A stretch of DNA of 32,706 nt from Burkholderiales bacterium (GTDB lineage Bacteria; Pseudomonadota; Gammaproteobacteria; Burkholderiales; Thiobacteraceae): positions 1,787 to 34,492 of the forward strand of contig JBBFMG010000001.1 of assembly GCA_037478575.1 (NCBI GenBank), written 5' to 3'. Each line of letters starts with the position of its first letter. The first letter of the stretch is position 1. The translations under genes and the position numbers were made by a program. The notes below the pieces were generated by a model. The model was not told where the DNA came from, did not search any database, and saw nothing but the letters and a program-made list of their open reading frames with translations. Positions 9,027 through 18,926 of the stretch are shown piece by piece.

Positions 9027-10913
9027 TCAGGAGTTGACAGTATAAGCGAGCTCAATTCCCGAGTAAATAGCTCGGGTATGATTTTGTACGGCTGCCACCA
9101 CCCCGGCGGCATTGAGCCCCAGCTCGGCCAGAAGCCCCGCCGGATCCCCGTGCTCCACGAACCGGTCGGGCAGTCCCAGCTGTAGGACCCGCTTCACAAT
9201 TCCCTGTTTTTGAAGGGATTCCAGGACCGCACTGCCGGCCCCGCCCTGGATCACGTTCTCCTCCAGGGTGACCAGCAGGTCATGGGACTGCGCCACCTCC
9301 CGGACCAGGTCGTCGTCCAGGGGTTTCACGAAGCGCATGTTGACCACGGTGGCGTCCAGTTCCTCGCCCGCAGCCAGGGCCGGCGCGAGCATGCTGCCGA
9401 AAGCGAGCAGGGCGGTTTTCCTGCCGTGGCGCCGGACCTCGCCCCTGCCCACCGGCAGGGCCTGCATCTGCCGTCGCTCCGGCACTCCCACCCCGGCACC
9501 GCGGGGATAGCGCACCGCCGTGGGACCGTCCAGGGTATAGGCGGTAAAGAGCATCTGCCGGCATTCGTCCTCGTCGGAGGGCGCGAGAATGGTCAGGTTG
9601 GGAATGCAGCGCAGGAAGGACAGGTCGAAGGCGCCGGCATGGGTCGGGCCGTCCGCGCCCACCAGCCCCGCCCGGTCGATGGCCAGCATCACAGGCAGGT
9701 TCTGCAGGGCGATGTCGTGGATGAGCTGGTCGTAGGCGCGCTGGAGGAAGGTGGAATAAATGGCCACCACCGGCTTGAGGCCCTCGCACGCCAGTCCCGC
9801 CGCGAAAGTGAGCGCGTGCTGCTCGGCGATGCCCACGTCGTGGAAGCGGTCCGGAAAACGTTCGGAGAAGGCCACCATGCCCGACCCCTCACGCATGGCC
9901 GGGGTGATGGCCACCAGGCGCGGGTCCTGTTCGGCCATGTCGCACAGCCAGTCGCCGAACACCTGGGTGTAGGTGCGCGCGGCGGATGCCTTGCTTGCCA
10001 CCCCCTGCTGCGGGTTGAAGCGCGCCACGCCGTGGTAGAGGCAGGGATCGTCCTCGGCCAGCTTGTACCCCTGCCCCTTCCTCGTGACCACGTGCAGGAA
10101 CTGGGGACCTTCCAGCCGCCGGATGTTGGACAGCGTGTCGATCAACACGTCCAGGTCGTGGCCGTCGATGGGGCCCACGTAGTTGAACCCGAATTCCTCG
10201 AACAGCGTGCCGGGCGTCACCATGCCCTTGAAGTGTTCCTCGGCTCGCCGCGCGAATTCGCGGATCGGGGGCAGCGCCTTCAGCACCTCGCCGCCCCGGC
10301 GCCGCACCTCGGTATAGAAACGGCTGGAAAGCAGGCGCGCCAGATAGTTGGTGAGGGCGCCCACGTTGGGCGAGATGGACATCTCGTTGTCGTTGAGGAT
10401 GACCAGGAGATTGGCGTCGGACGCTCCCGCATTGTTCAGGGCCTCGAAGGCCATGCCGCCGGTGAGCGCACCGTCGCCGATGATGGCCACGGTGCGGCGT
10501 TCCGAACCGGCCCGCTTCGCCGCCACCGCCATGCCCAGCGCCGCAGAGATGGAGGTGCTGGAATGACCGGTGCCGAAGGTGTCGTAGGGACTTTCCTCGC
10601 GCTTGGGGAAACCGGCGATACCGCCGCGCTGGCGCAGGGTGGCCATGGCCTCGCGCCGGCCGGTCAGCACCTTGTGCGGATAGCTTTGGTGCCCCACGTC
10701 CCACACCAGGCGGTCGTCCGGCGTATTGAACACGTAATGCAGGGCGATGGTGAGTTCCACCGCGCCGAGATTGGAGGCGAGATGGCCGCCGGTGCGCGAC
10801 ACGGTCTCCACCAGGAATTCGCGCAGCTCGGCAGCGAGCCGCGGCAGCTCCCGACGCTCCAGCTGACGCAGCTGGGCAGGGTCGTCGATGCGCTTGAGCA
10901 GGGAATCCGGCAT
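9027..10913 (-). CDS. dxs: 1-deoxy-D-xylulose-5-phosphate synthase
   Basis: [27 protein letters not shown] motif, [22 protein letters not shown]. Confidence 0.98.
   Translation of the reverse strand: MPDSLLKRIDDPAQLRQLERRELPRLAAELREFLVETVSRTGGHLASNLGAVELTIALHYVFNTPDDRLVWDVGHQSYPHKVLTGRREAMATLRQRGGIAGFPKREESPYDTFGTGHSSTSISAALGMAVAAKRAGSERRTVAIIGDGALTGGMAFEALNNAGASDANLLVILNDNEMSISPNVGALTNYLARLLSSRFYTEVRRRGGEVLKALPPIREFARRAEEHFKGMVTPGTLFEEFGFNYVGPIDGHDLDVLIDTLSNIRRLEGPQFLHVVTRKGQGYKLAEDDPCLYHGVARFNPQQGVASKASAARTYTQVFGDWLCDMAEQDPRLVAITPAMREGSGMVAFSERFPDRFHDVGIAEQHALTFAAGLACEGLKPVVAIYSTFLQRAYDQLIHDIALQNLPVMLAIDRAGLVGADGPTHAGAFDLSFLRCIPNLTILAPSDEDECRQMLFTAYTLDGPTAVRYPRGAGVGVPERRQMQALPVGRGEVRRHGRKTALLAFGSMLAPALAAGEELDATVVNMRFVKPLDDDLVREVAQSHDLLVTLEENVIQGGAGSAVLESLQKQGIVKRVLQLGLPDRFVEHGDPAGLLAELGLNAAGVVAAVQNHTRAIYSGIELAYTVNS
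9039..9079 (-). promoter_or_regulatory. Putative sigma70 promoter for folE2 inside the dxs 3' end, with a 25-bp palindrome over the -35 box
   Basis: Minus strand TTTACT(9067-9062)-N17-TATACT(9044-9039); palindrome ATACCCGAG-CTATTTA-CTCGGGAAT (9079-9055); AT-rich patch in GC-rich DNA. Confidence 0.6.
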
Positions 10914-10915
10914 GT

Positions 10916-11827
10916 TCAAAAACGGCGCAGCACGATGAAATCGGCGATTTCCCGCAGGCGCTGGGCGCGCTTCCCGAACGGGGCCAGGGCGGCGACGGCC
11001 TCGTCGCGCATTTCCTGCGCCAGCCGGCGCGCTTCGGCCAGCCCCAACAGGCTCACATAGGTGGGCTTGTTCTGCTCGGCATCCTTGCCGGCAGTCTTGC
11101 CCAGGGTGGCGGTGCTGGCCTCGGCATCGAGCACATCGTCCACCACCTGGAAGGCCAGCCCCACGAACTTGGCGAAATGGTCGAGGCGGCCCACGTCAGC
11201 CTCGGGGAGGTTGCCACACAGGGCGCCCAGCATGACCGAGGCGCGGATCAGGGCCCCGGTCTTGTGCACGTGCATGAACTCCAGCTCGGGCAGGGTGAGA
11301 TGCTTGCCCACGCTGGCAAGATCGATGGCCTGGCCACCGGCCATGCCCCGGGAACCCGCAGCCACCGCTAGCAGCGCCACCATCTCCAGCTGGCGCTGGG
11401 GATCGTCGGCCAGGGGATACTGGGCCAGCAGCTGGAAAGCCAGGCTCTGCAGGGCATCACCCACCAGGAGGGCCGTGGCCTCGTCGAATTCCACGTGCAC
11501 GGTGGGCTTGCCCCGGCGCAGGACATCATCGTCCATGCAGGGCAGGTCGTCGTGCACCAGGGAATAGGCGTGGATCAGCTCCACCGCGCAGGCCACCACC
11601 TCCACCCGGTCCGGATGGGCGCCGGCCACCTCGCCTGCACCAAAGGCCAGCAGCGGTCTCACCCGCTTGCCGCCCCCCAGCACGGCATAGCGCATGGCCT
11701 CGTGCAGGCGCACCGGGGCAATGTCGGAGGCAGGCAGATGGCGCGCGAGCGCCTCTTCCATGCGTGCCTGCAGGCGATGGGCCCAGTCTTCGAAGGCGGG
11801 GGAGACGATCACGCGGGCGTCGTTCAC
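10916..11827 (-). CDS. ispA: Farnesyl/geranyl diphosphate synthase
   Basis: [43 protein letters not shown]; GTG start overlaps the xseB stop. Confidence 0.96.
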   Translation of the reverse strand: MNDARVIVSPAFEDWAHRLQARMEEALARHLPASDIAPVRLHEAMRYAVLGGGKRVRPLLAFGAGEVAGAHPDRVEVVACAVELIHAYSLVHDDLPCMDDDVLRRGKPTVHVEFDEATALLVGDALQSLAFQLLAQYPLADDPQRQLEMVALLAVAAGSRGMAGGQAIDLASVGKHLTLPELEFMHVHKTGALIRASVMLGALCGNLPEADVGRLDHFAKFVGLAFQVVDDVLDAEASTATLGKTAGKDAEQNKPTYVSLLGLAEARRLAQEMRDEAVAALAPFGKRAQRLREIADFIVLRRF

Positions 11828-12057
11828 TTGGCTGCTTCGCCGGAGAAGGGCTCCAGCCCGCCGGATTCGGTGAGGATGCGCACCTGCTGCTCCGCATCCT
11901 GCAACTGCTGCTGGCAGAGTTTGAGGAGCTCGGTGCCGCGCTTGTAGGCGGCCAGGGAATCCTCCAGGGAAAGCTGCCCGCTCTCCATGCTGGCGACGAT
12001 CTTCTCCAGCTCCGCCAGCGCGGCCTCGAAACTCGGCGCTTTGGACGATTTGCTCAT
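11824..12057 (-). CDS. xseB: Exodeoxyribonuclease VII small subunit
   Basis: SFEAALAELEKIV-MESG-LSLEDSL-Y-RG-L-C-L-AEQ; canonical xseB-ispA-dxs order. Confidence 0.96.
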   Translation of the reverse strand: MSKSSKAPSFEAALAELEKIVASMESGQLSLEDSLAAYKRGTELLKLCQQQLQDAEQQVRILTESGGLEPFSGEAAK

Positions 12058-12213
12058 CACGGGCCCTGCACAGAAAAGGGACTAAAAGTACCCCAAGCGG
12101 GGGGCGCCGGTCAATCGAGCCACCGGCGCAGGCCTGCCCCGCAGCCGCCCCGGGCACGGGTGTCCCAACCAAGCCCGGGTCTTGATTTTGCAACACTATC
12201 CGTGACATTGCCC

Positions 12214-12242
12214 TTGCCCGGGGCAGAAAATTCGGACATAAT
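12214..12242 (+). promoter_or_regulatory. Putative sigma70 promoter of the Rieske oxygenase gene
   Basis: TTGCCC-N17-CATAAT about 70 bp upstream of the ATG at 12314. Confidence 0.45.
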
Positions 12243-12313
12243 GGTCGCCTTACGGTCCGGCTACGCCGGCCGCCCGGGGTATTGATCCAACGCGTTCATT
12301 CCGTCAGGGGCCT

Positions 12314-13417
12314 ATGTCCGACCTTTCCACCACCAGCGCGCTCGAGCGCACCCCCACCCAGCTTCCCATCGACTGGTATTTCGATCCGAAGATCTACGAG
12401 CTGGAGAAAAAACTCCTGTTCGACCAGGGGCCCGGCTACGTGGGCCACGCGCTGATGGTGCCCAACGCCGGCGACTACCAGGTGCTGGACTGGATGAACA
12501 AGGGCAAGGTCATCGTCAACACCGGCCAGGGCATCGAGCTGTTGTCGAACGTCTGCCGCCACCGCCAGGCCCTGATGCTCAACGGCCGGGGCAACACGCG
12601 CAACATCGTCTGCCCGCTGCACCGCTGGACCTACGATCTGTCGGGCCGGCTCATGGGCGCGCCCCAGTTCGCCGGCAATCCCTGTTTGAACCTGGAACGC
12701 ACGCCCCTTGCCAACTGGAACGGCATGCTGTTTGCGGGCCCGCGCGACGTGGCGCGCGATCTGGCCGGACTGGGCGTGGCGGCCGAGCTCAGCTTCGAGG
12801 GCTACATGCTGGACCGGGTCCACATCCAGCCCTACAACTTCAGCTGGAAGACCTTCATCGAGGTCTATCTCGAGGACTACCACGTGGTGCCCTTCCACCC
12901 GGGGCTCGGCCATTTCGTCAACTGCGACGAGCTCAAATGGGAATTCGGCGAGTGGTACAGCGTGCAAACGGTGGGGATCGCCGACGCCCTCGCCAAGCCG
13001 GGCACGCCGGTGTACCGCAAGTGGCACGAACAGGTGCTGCGCTACGACGAGGGCCGGCTGCCCGCCCATGGTGCCATCTGGCTCACCTATTACCCGAACA
13101 TCATGGTGGAGTGGTATCCCCACACCCTGGTGGTGAGCACCGTCTGGCCCACGGGCATCGAATCCTGCGTGAACGTGGTGGAGTTCTACTACCCCGAGGA
13201 CATCGTGCTGTTCGAGCGGGAGTACGTGGAAGCCGAGCAGGCCGCCTACCAGGAAACCGCGGTGGAAGACGAGGAAATCTGCCAGCGCATGCAGGACGGG
13301 CGCAAAGCCCTGTGGCTGCGGGGCGCCGACGAGGTGGGACCCTACCAGTCGCCCACCGAGGACGGCATGCTGCATTTCCACGAGTTCCTGCGGCGCCAGC
13401 TCGAGCCCCATCTGTAA
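12314..13417 (+). CDS. Rieske non-heme iron oxygenase alpha subunit (ring-hydroxylating family)
   Basis: Rieske C-R-H...C-P-L-H; mononuclear Fe ligands EDYH-x4-H and EDEEIC. Confidence 0.92.
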   Translation: MSDLSTTSALERTPTQLPIDWYFDPKIYELEKKLLFDQGPGYVGHALMVPNAGDYQVLDWMNKGKVIVNTGQGIELLSNVCRHRQALMLNGRGNTRNIVCPLHRWTYDLSGRLMGAPQFAGNPCLNLERTPLANWNGMLFAGPRDVARDLAGLGVAAELSFEGYMLDRVHIQPYNFSWKTFIEVYLEDYHVVPFHPGLGHFVNCDELKWEFGEWYSVQTVGIADALAKPGTPVYRKWHEQVLRYDEGRLPAHGAIWLTYYPNIMVEWYPHTLVVSTVWPTGIESCVNVVEFYYPEDIVLFEREYVEAEQAAYQETAVEDEEICQRMQDGRKALWLRGADEVGPYQSPTEDGMLHFHEFLRRQLEPHL

Positions 13418-13509
13418 CCCGCCCGCCGCGCCTTGACGCCGGGCATACCAAGATCGCCACGAGCCGCGCCCGCCCTTTCCGTGCCTGTCTGTCTGCGCGC
13501 TGAAGCCCC

Positions 13510-14355
13510 ATGAAATCCGGCTGGATGCTGGTGGCCGGGTTTCTGTTCGCCCTGATGGGCGTATTCGTCAAACTGGGCGCGCGCCATTTCTCCGCGGCGG
13601 AACTGGTGTTCTACCGCTCCCTGATCGGCCTCGTCGTCATCTACGCGATCGTGCGGCAGCAGCGTCTGAGCCTCGCCACGGCGCATCTGCGCATGCATCT
13701 TTGGCGCGGGCTGTCCGGCTTCCTCGCCCTGATGCTGTTCTTTTACGCCATCAGCACCCTGCCGCTGGCCACCGCCATCACCCTCAACTACACCTCGCCC
13801 CTGTTTTTGGCCCTGCTGCTGAGCCTGGTCCTGCGCCGGAAACCGGCCTGGTGGCTGATCGCGACCCTGTTGCTGGGTTTCGTGGGTGTCGTGCTCCTGC
13901 TCAATCCCCGTTTCCATGGCACGGACTTCCTGCCCCGCCTGCTGGGTCTGGCATCGGGTTTCCTCGCCGGGGTGGCCTATCTCAACGTCCGACAACTGGG
14001 CGCGGCGGGCGAACCGGAATGGCGTGTGGTGTTCTACTTCACCCTGGTGTGCACCGTTGGCGCGGGGTTCTGGATGCTGGTGCACGACTTCCACGGGCTT
14101 GGCTGGGGCGATCTGCCCCTGCTCCTGGGCCTCGGGCTGACCGCCACCCTGGCGCAACTGGCCATGACCCGCGCCTACCGGCTGGGCCATCCGCTGGTGG
14201 TGGGCAGCCTGGCCTACAGCACGGTGGTCTTCGCCAGCCTATTCGGCATCGTCCTGTGGGGTGAGGTGCTTGCGCCCGTGTCGTGGCTGGCCATCGCCCT
14301 GATCGTCGCCAGCGGCGCCATCAGCAGCGCCGTCACCAGCCGCAGGCCAGCCTGA
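13510..14355 (+). CDS. DMT/EamA family transporter
   Basis: About 10 hydrophobic segments, FYAISTLPLATAITLNYTSPLF, LWGE. Confidence 0.92.
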   Translation: MKSGWMLVAGFLFALMGVFVKLGARHFSAAELVFYRSLIGLVVIYAIVRQQRLSLATAHLRMHLWRGLSGFLALMLFFYAISTLPLATAITLNYTSPLFLALLLSLVLRRKPAWWLIATLLLGFVGVVLLLNPRFHGTDFLPRLLGLASGFLAGVAYLNVRQLGAAGEPEWRVVFYFTLVCTVGAGFWMLVHDFHGLGWGDLPLLLGLGLTATLAQLAMTRAYRLGHPLVVGSLAYSTVVFASLFGIVLWGEVLAPVSWLAIALIVASGAISSAVTSRRPA

Positions 14356-14421
14356 CCCGCCCTTGCCGGGCCAGGGTCCGGGTTCTTACAATGGCCTGTC
14401 GGTTTTCTCCCGGGCAGCCCC

Positions 14422-14766
14422 ATGATCAGCGTCTCCGTAAACAAAAACGTCGTCATCCTCTCGGTTCTGGGTGAATTCACCCTCGACGATTTCAGGCAGT
14501 TCGAGGAGCATGTGCTGTATGCCTCGAAGCTGGGACCGGTCAACCTGCTCATCGACCTAAGGGACATGGTGGGCTACACCCTGGACGTGGTGTGGGAGGA
14601 GATCAGGTTCTCCCGGGCACACCAGTACGACTTCGACAAGGTGGCGGTGGTGACGGACAACCAGTGGGTGGCGTGGAGCGCCTGGCTGCAGCGCCTGTTC
14701 GTGGATGCGGACATCGAGGTATTCGAGGACTACGATGAGGCGATGGCCTGGGTGGCTGCGGAGTGA
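14422..14766 (+). CDS. STAS/SEC14 (SpoIIAA-like) domain protein
   Basis: G-FTLDDF, LLIDLRD, KVAVVTD-W, F---DEAMAW pattern. Confidence 0.85.
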   Translation: MISVSVNKNVVILSVLGEFTLDDFRQFEEHVLYASKLGPVNLLIDLRDMVGYTLDVVWEEIRFSRAHQYDFDKVAVVTDNQWVAWSAWLQRLFVDADIEVFEDYDEAMAWVAAE

Positions 14767-14943
14767 CCGTCCGGCACCAGCCGCGCCTGTGGCGTGGGTA
14801 CAGGTGATCGAGGCCGGCAAGAAGGCAGGCCACCCATGAGCTTCGCCACGATGCGCCCGGTCTCGACCCGCAACCCCGAGCAGCACGACCGACAGCTTGG
14901 GCGCTTGCCCGCTGTCGCGATGGGACTCCGCCGGTGTTGCCCC

Positions 14944-14978
14944 GCCCGTCTCTCCCCACAAGGCGGGGAGAGACGGGC
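14944..14978. repeat. Perfect 14-bp-stem hairpin (CTCTCCCC/GGGGAGAG-type palindrome), possible terminator between convergent genes
   Basis: GCCCGTCTCTCCCC-ACAAGGC-GGGGAGAGACGGGC; no clear U-tract. Confidence 0.6.
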
Positions 14979-15050
14979 AAGCCGTCATCTTAGTTCCAGC
15001 GGTTTTTTCGCAACGCCCCGCATGCGCCGCAGGAAACCGGTAGCGTGCCT

Positions 15051-15554
15051 TTAGCGTTGCACCAGGCGTGGGCCCAGGGGTACCAACGCAGCGTCGCGCA
15101 GGCCGTTGAGGACCGCCTCGCCGTCCGGCGAGACCTTTAATTCACCCCACCTGGCCGCCTCATAAAGATTCCCCTGCCCTTCCTGGAAGAAGAACGTGTC
15201 GGGCTGGATGAACACACTCTCGCCGCCCTTCACGAATCGGATCAGCGCCTGATCCGGCCGCAGCGCTTCGCCCGTCTTGTGAATGTGATCGAACACTGCC
15301 CGGCCCGCGCCGTCCAGCCGCACCACCGCCAGTCCCTCGCCGTAGAATTGGGAGGGCAGTGAGGCACGAATATCCTCGCTGAGCCGGTACCTGAGAAGCA
15401 TGTAGTGGCCCTGCATCTGCCAGCTCGGATCGAGCGGCGCGAGCTCCAGGAGCACAGTGCGTCCCCTGACCAGTACTCGTTCCTTTTCCCAGATGCCGTA
15501 GTTCACCACCAAGAGCACGACCAGGGCCATACCCCACAGCAGTTTAGTGCGCAT
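15051..15554 (-). CDS. GDYXXLXY domain membrane-anchored protein
   Basis: N-terminal TM, G-TVLLELAPLDP---QGHYMLLRY, FFFQEGQG-YE-A-WGEL-V---G-AVL. Confidence 0.85.
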   Translation of the reverse strand: MRTKLLWGMALVVLLVVNYGIWEKERVLVRGRTVLLELAPLDPSWQMQGHYMLLRYRLSEDIRASLPSQFYGEGLAVVRLDGAGRAVFDHIHKTGEALRPDQALIRFVKGGESVFIQPDTFFFQEGQGNLYEAARWGELKVSPDGEAVLNGLRDAALVPLGPRLVQR

Positions 15555-16686
15555 CGAGCGCCTCCCTTTTGGAAAGCTGTTTGAAAATCACCCAGCGCAG
15601 GCCAAGCAGCACCGCGCCGCTGCCCACGAGGGCCACCGATTTCAGCAGCAGGGGCAGGGACAGGCTGTAGTAGTAGGCGCTGAGGAATACTGCCAGAAAC
15701 ACCAGCGCGATCCCCATGAGCAGCCGGTTTCCGCGGCGGAAGCCCAGCAGCAGCACGGTCAGGGCGGCAATGAGCCCTGGCGCGCGCAGCGCCGGCAATA
15801 AAAGCAGCAAAACCGCGCCATAGGCGGACAGCGCAAAGGCGCCAAAGGGCGGCAAGCCGCGCTCCTTCAACAGCGTGTGCACCAGGTACAGCAGCCCGGC
15901 GCCGAGGAGGATTGCGCTTGGCCACATTGGCCCCCAGAAGAACATACCCCCCGGCCAGCCGTACTGGAACGGGTATGCCGACGGCAGCAGCAGGCCGAAC
16001 AGACCAATGACCAGGCCATAGGCGATGGGGCGCAGCAACCGCGCAGGGCCGGGGCTGGCACAGGCGGTCTCCCTGAGCCAGAGGCGCATCGACACGATGC
16101 CGAGCACGCCTGGCAGCGCGAAGACAGGCAGGAGCACGAGCGCGCCGTCGCTTGCCAACACCAAATTCTCAGGCCACCACCAGATGGAGGCCAAGAACAG
16201 CATCTGGATGGCGAAGACGGCGATCAGGGTCGACAGGACACGGTGGGCCTGGTCGACATAGAACACGATGAGGAGGACCTGCATCAACAGCACCAGCAGC
16301 GCGGAGCCCTCCACGTCGATAGGCTGCACGCCGAGCACCACCAGCACCTGCCCGGTGAGGCTTGCGGCGAGCGCCAGCTGGTTGAAAAAAGTACCCCGCT
16401 GCTCGCGCCGCAGCAGGATCGCCCCGCCCAGCAGCAGGATACCGAAAGGCAGCAGATCCGACACGGAAGGCATACCCGATTCGGAAAGGAAAAGCGTCAC
16501 CAGGAAAAAGCCCGTGAGAAACAGCGCCGCCAGCCACCCGCCGAACCCCGCCAGTATCCGCAGATACCAGGGCGTGGCCGTGGCGGGGCCGGATAACGCC
16601 TCTGCCGCCCGGGCCGCGCCGGACGCATCGAGCCGGCCTTCCTCGACCAGCACAGCCAGCACCGCGTTCACGCTGCGTGAGCTCAT
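15544..16686 (-). CDS. DUF4401-like multi-pass membrane protein
   Basis: PWYLRILAGFGGWLAALF, QLALAASLTGQ, YYYSL-LPLLLKS; ATG overlaps the upstream stop (ATGA). Confidence 0.8.
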   Translation of the reverse strand: MSSRSVNAVLAVLVEEGRLDASGAARAAEALSGPATATPWYLRILAGFGGWLAALFLTGFFLVTLFLSESGMPSVSDLLPFGILLLGGAILLRREQRGTFFNQLALAASLTGQVLVVLGVQPIDVEGSALLVLLMQVLLIVFYVDQAHRVLSTLIAVFAIQMLFLASIWWWPENLVLASDGALVLLPVFALPGVLGIVSMRLWLRETACASPGPARLLRPIAYGLVIGLFGLLLPSAYPFQYGWPGGMFFWGPMWPSAILLGAGLLYLVHTLLKERGLPPFGAFALSAYGAVLLLLLPALRAPGLIAALTVLLLGFRRGNRLLMGIALVFLAVFLSAYYYSLSLPLLLKSVALVGSGAVLLGLRWVIFKQLSKREALDAH

Positions 16687-17675
16687 ACCCCTTCCCCCCA
16701 GCGACGGGCCGTCCGCCGCAGCCACGAGACCGCAGCGCCTGTCATCAGCATCACCAGCAGCCCCAGTGACAGCAGCCCGGACCCGATGTCAAGCCATCCG
16801 TATTCGAACACGCCATGACCGACAAAGGCGGTGACGACGACGATGGCCTGCAGCGCCAGCGCCGCAAGCATGAACAGGTCGCGCCGCCAGGTGCGATACA
16901 CCCATACGCCGAACGCGGTAACGCCGAACCAGACAAAGGGCACCAGTAGCGTGTAGCGATGGAAGATCCAGGTCACCATCCAGGGCGTGAGGTTGCCGAG
17001 AACCATCAGCGCAACCACCCGGGGCATCCAGCGCCCGGACAGCCACGGCCTGCGGGCCGCAAAGAGTTCGCAGGCTGCCAGCGCCGCGATATTGAGCGCC
17101 ACAGGGATCCCCACTGTTGCCCACCCCAACAAAAGGCTAAAAGTGAAAGCATCGTCGGACACAAGCCACCGCACCACCGCCAGATTGGCGAGCACCAGCC
17201 ACAGCAGCCACAGGGCTGCGGAGTGGCCGATGATTACCCAGGGCGTGATGAGCATCCCCCAGGTGAGAAACAGCTCGTAGGAATCGGCGCCGGTCTGGTA
17301 GGTCTGTCCGTAGAGAGCCAGCAGCACGCCCGGCAGCACCGCCGCGCCCAGCAGCGCGGCACGCCCGCCCCGGGAATCCGGCCCGAGGCGCCAGGCCAAC
17401 GCGACCGCGCCGAGCAAGGCCGCCTCCACCAGGCCAAATTTGGCGAAGCGATGGAGCGCCGCCCAGTTGTAGGCGAAGAAATACACGATGCCGGCCAGCA
17501 CCAGCACCGCCCCCAGCCCGGCCAGCAGCCAGTCCAGGAAACGACGCCAGGCGGCCACATCGGGGGTGATGCCGGCGAGCGCGAGGGCGCGCTCGAAGGC
17601 GTCTGCGTCGAGGATGCCGGCGTGGTAGAGCTCCCGCAGACGGCGCGCCGTGGCGGGCTGCTGGAGTGCTTGCAC
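16683..17675 (-). CDS. DUF2157-like multi-pass membrane protein
   Basis: GIVYFFAYNWAAL-RFAKF, LLALYGQTYQTGAD-YELF-W; GTG start with GGAGG RBS. Confidence 0.85.
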   Translation of the reverse strand: MQALQQPATARRLRELYHAGILDADAFERALALAGITPDVAAWRRFLDWLLAGLGAVLVLAGIVYFFAYNWAALHRFAKFGLVEAALLGAVALAWRLGPDSRGGRAALLGAAVLPGVLLALYGQTYQTGADSYELFLTWGMLITPWVIIGHSAALWLLWLVLANLAVVRWLVSDDAFTFSLLLGWATVGIPVALNIAALAACELFAARRPWLSGRWMPRVVALMVLGNLTPWMVTWIFHRYTLLVPFVWFGVTAFGVWVYRTWRRDLFMLAALALQAIVVVTAFVGHGVFEYGWLDIGSGLLSLGLLVMLMTGAAVSWLRRTARRWGEGV

Positions 17676-18069
17676 GGGGTTCCTCCCTGTTACCCGATTG
17701 TCATGGCAAGAGGTGATGCGGATGAAATATACGCCAAACGCAAGAAGAATGCCAAAGGAATAACTGGCCGGGCAGGAATCGGCCTGTGTGGACCGGCGGA
17801 CGAAAGGCCGTGGTGGAAACACCCCGAGCCCGGGATTGCGGTCCCGTTGCGCGGGCCACGCCCGGGGCGGATCGCCGACAGCGCCTCACTGACCCCTTTC
17901 CAGGACGCAACAGTGAATAGGTGGCAGCCGGCTGCCATCCCGCGCAACCCGAATCAGGCATGGTACAGGGCGTCCCAAGCGATACCAGCGGGAGGGCAGG
18001 ACACGGCGGCGCAGCGGCCCGCCCGGTTCAGGCGCGGCAGTGCGCCGCCGAAGGGGCGCGGTCTAAGGA

Positions 18070-18926
18070 GAGACGACAGACCGCCTCGACATAGGCCAGG
18101 CGGTTGGCAGACGACCCGCAAGCTTGGCGCCGTCTCCCTTTGGGCAAGCCGGGCCGACTGACAGCCGCCGACAAACGGAATTATGGACACTGGCCCGTGT
18201 GGGCAAACTCATTGCCCACGAATTCGGGCCCTCATACAGCAACATCCATGTCATGCGCCTGTTGGGCGAACTGGGATTCTCCTGCCAGAAACCGTAGAAG
18301 CGCGCGCTGCAGCGCGACGAGGCCGCCATTGCCGAGGGGAAGGCCAAACGCTGGCCTCTGTTCAAAAAAAACCCGGCGCGAGGGGCGCACCGTTGTCTTC
18401 ATCGACGAATCGGGATTGAGCGAACGGCCTACCCGGGTGCGCACCTGGGCGCCCAAGGGGCAAACCCCGGTGCTGCCATACAGCTTCACCTGGCAGCCGC
18501 TCGCCCCCATTGCCGGCGTGACCTTCTGGAACTTCTGCTTCCGGCTCTTCCCCGGCAGCATCAAGAGCCCACAGCTGGTCGAGTTTGTGAGCGCGCTCAT
18601 GCGCCAAGGGCAGGCTGCTGATCGTCCGGGACGGCTTCAAGGCCCACAAGAACCGGTTGGTGCGCGACTTCGTCGAGTCCCAGGGAGACCACATCGTCCT
18701 TGACTGTCTGCCGGCCTACGCGCCGGAACTCAATCCGGTCGAGTATGTCTGGGGCTATCTCAGGAACCGGGAGATCGCCAACTGGTGCGCCGCGAATCTC
18801 CATGAGGTCGGCGACTTCGCCCGGTGCCGGCTCAAATCCATGCAGCGCCGCCCCAAGCTGGTCTCCGTATTCTGGAAACAGGCGGAATTGCCGATCGGAT
18901 GTCATCTAGTTACGTAACACTCAATA
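18070..18926 (+). mobile_element. Degraded IS630-family element (transposase pseudogene, left end missing)
   Basis: HTH remnants (RQTAST*ARRL; ELWTLARVGKLI...LGFSCQKP*KRA), A8 slippery run 18364-18371, DDE motifs FIDESG, TWAP-G-TP, LPAYAPELNPVEYVW; in-frame stops and frameshifts; ends at TA 18925-18926. Confidence 0.88.

Noticed and set aside
17680-18070. ncRNA or riboswitch in the gap before the IS
   Set aside because: Only short GC-rich stems and no recognisable family motif; an Rfam search would be needed.
18070-18926. Active IS630 using a programmed frameshift
   Set aside because: Besides the A8 slippery site there are in-frame stops, a further frameshift, internal deletions and no visible left inverted repeat.
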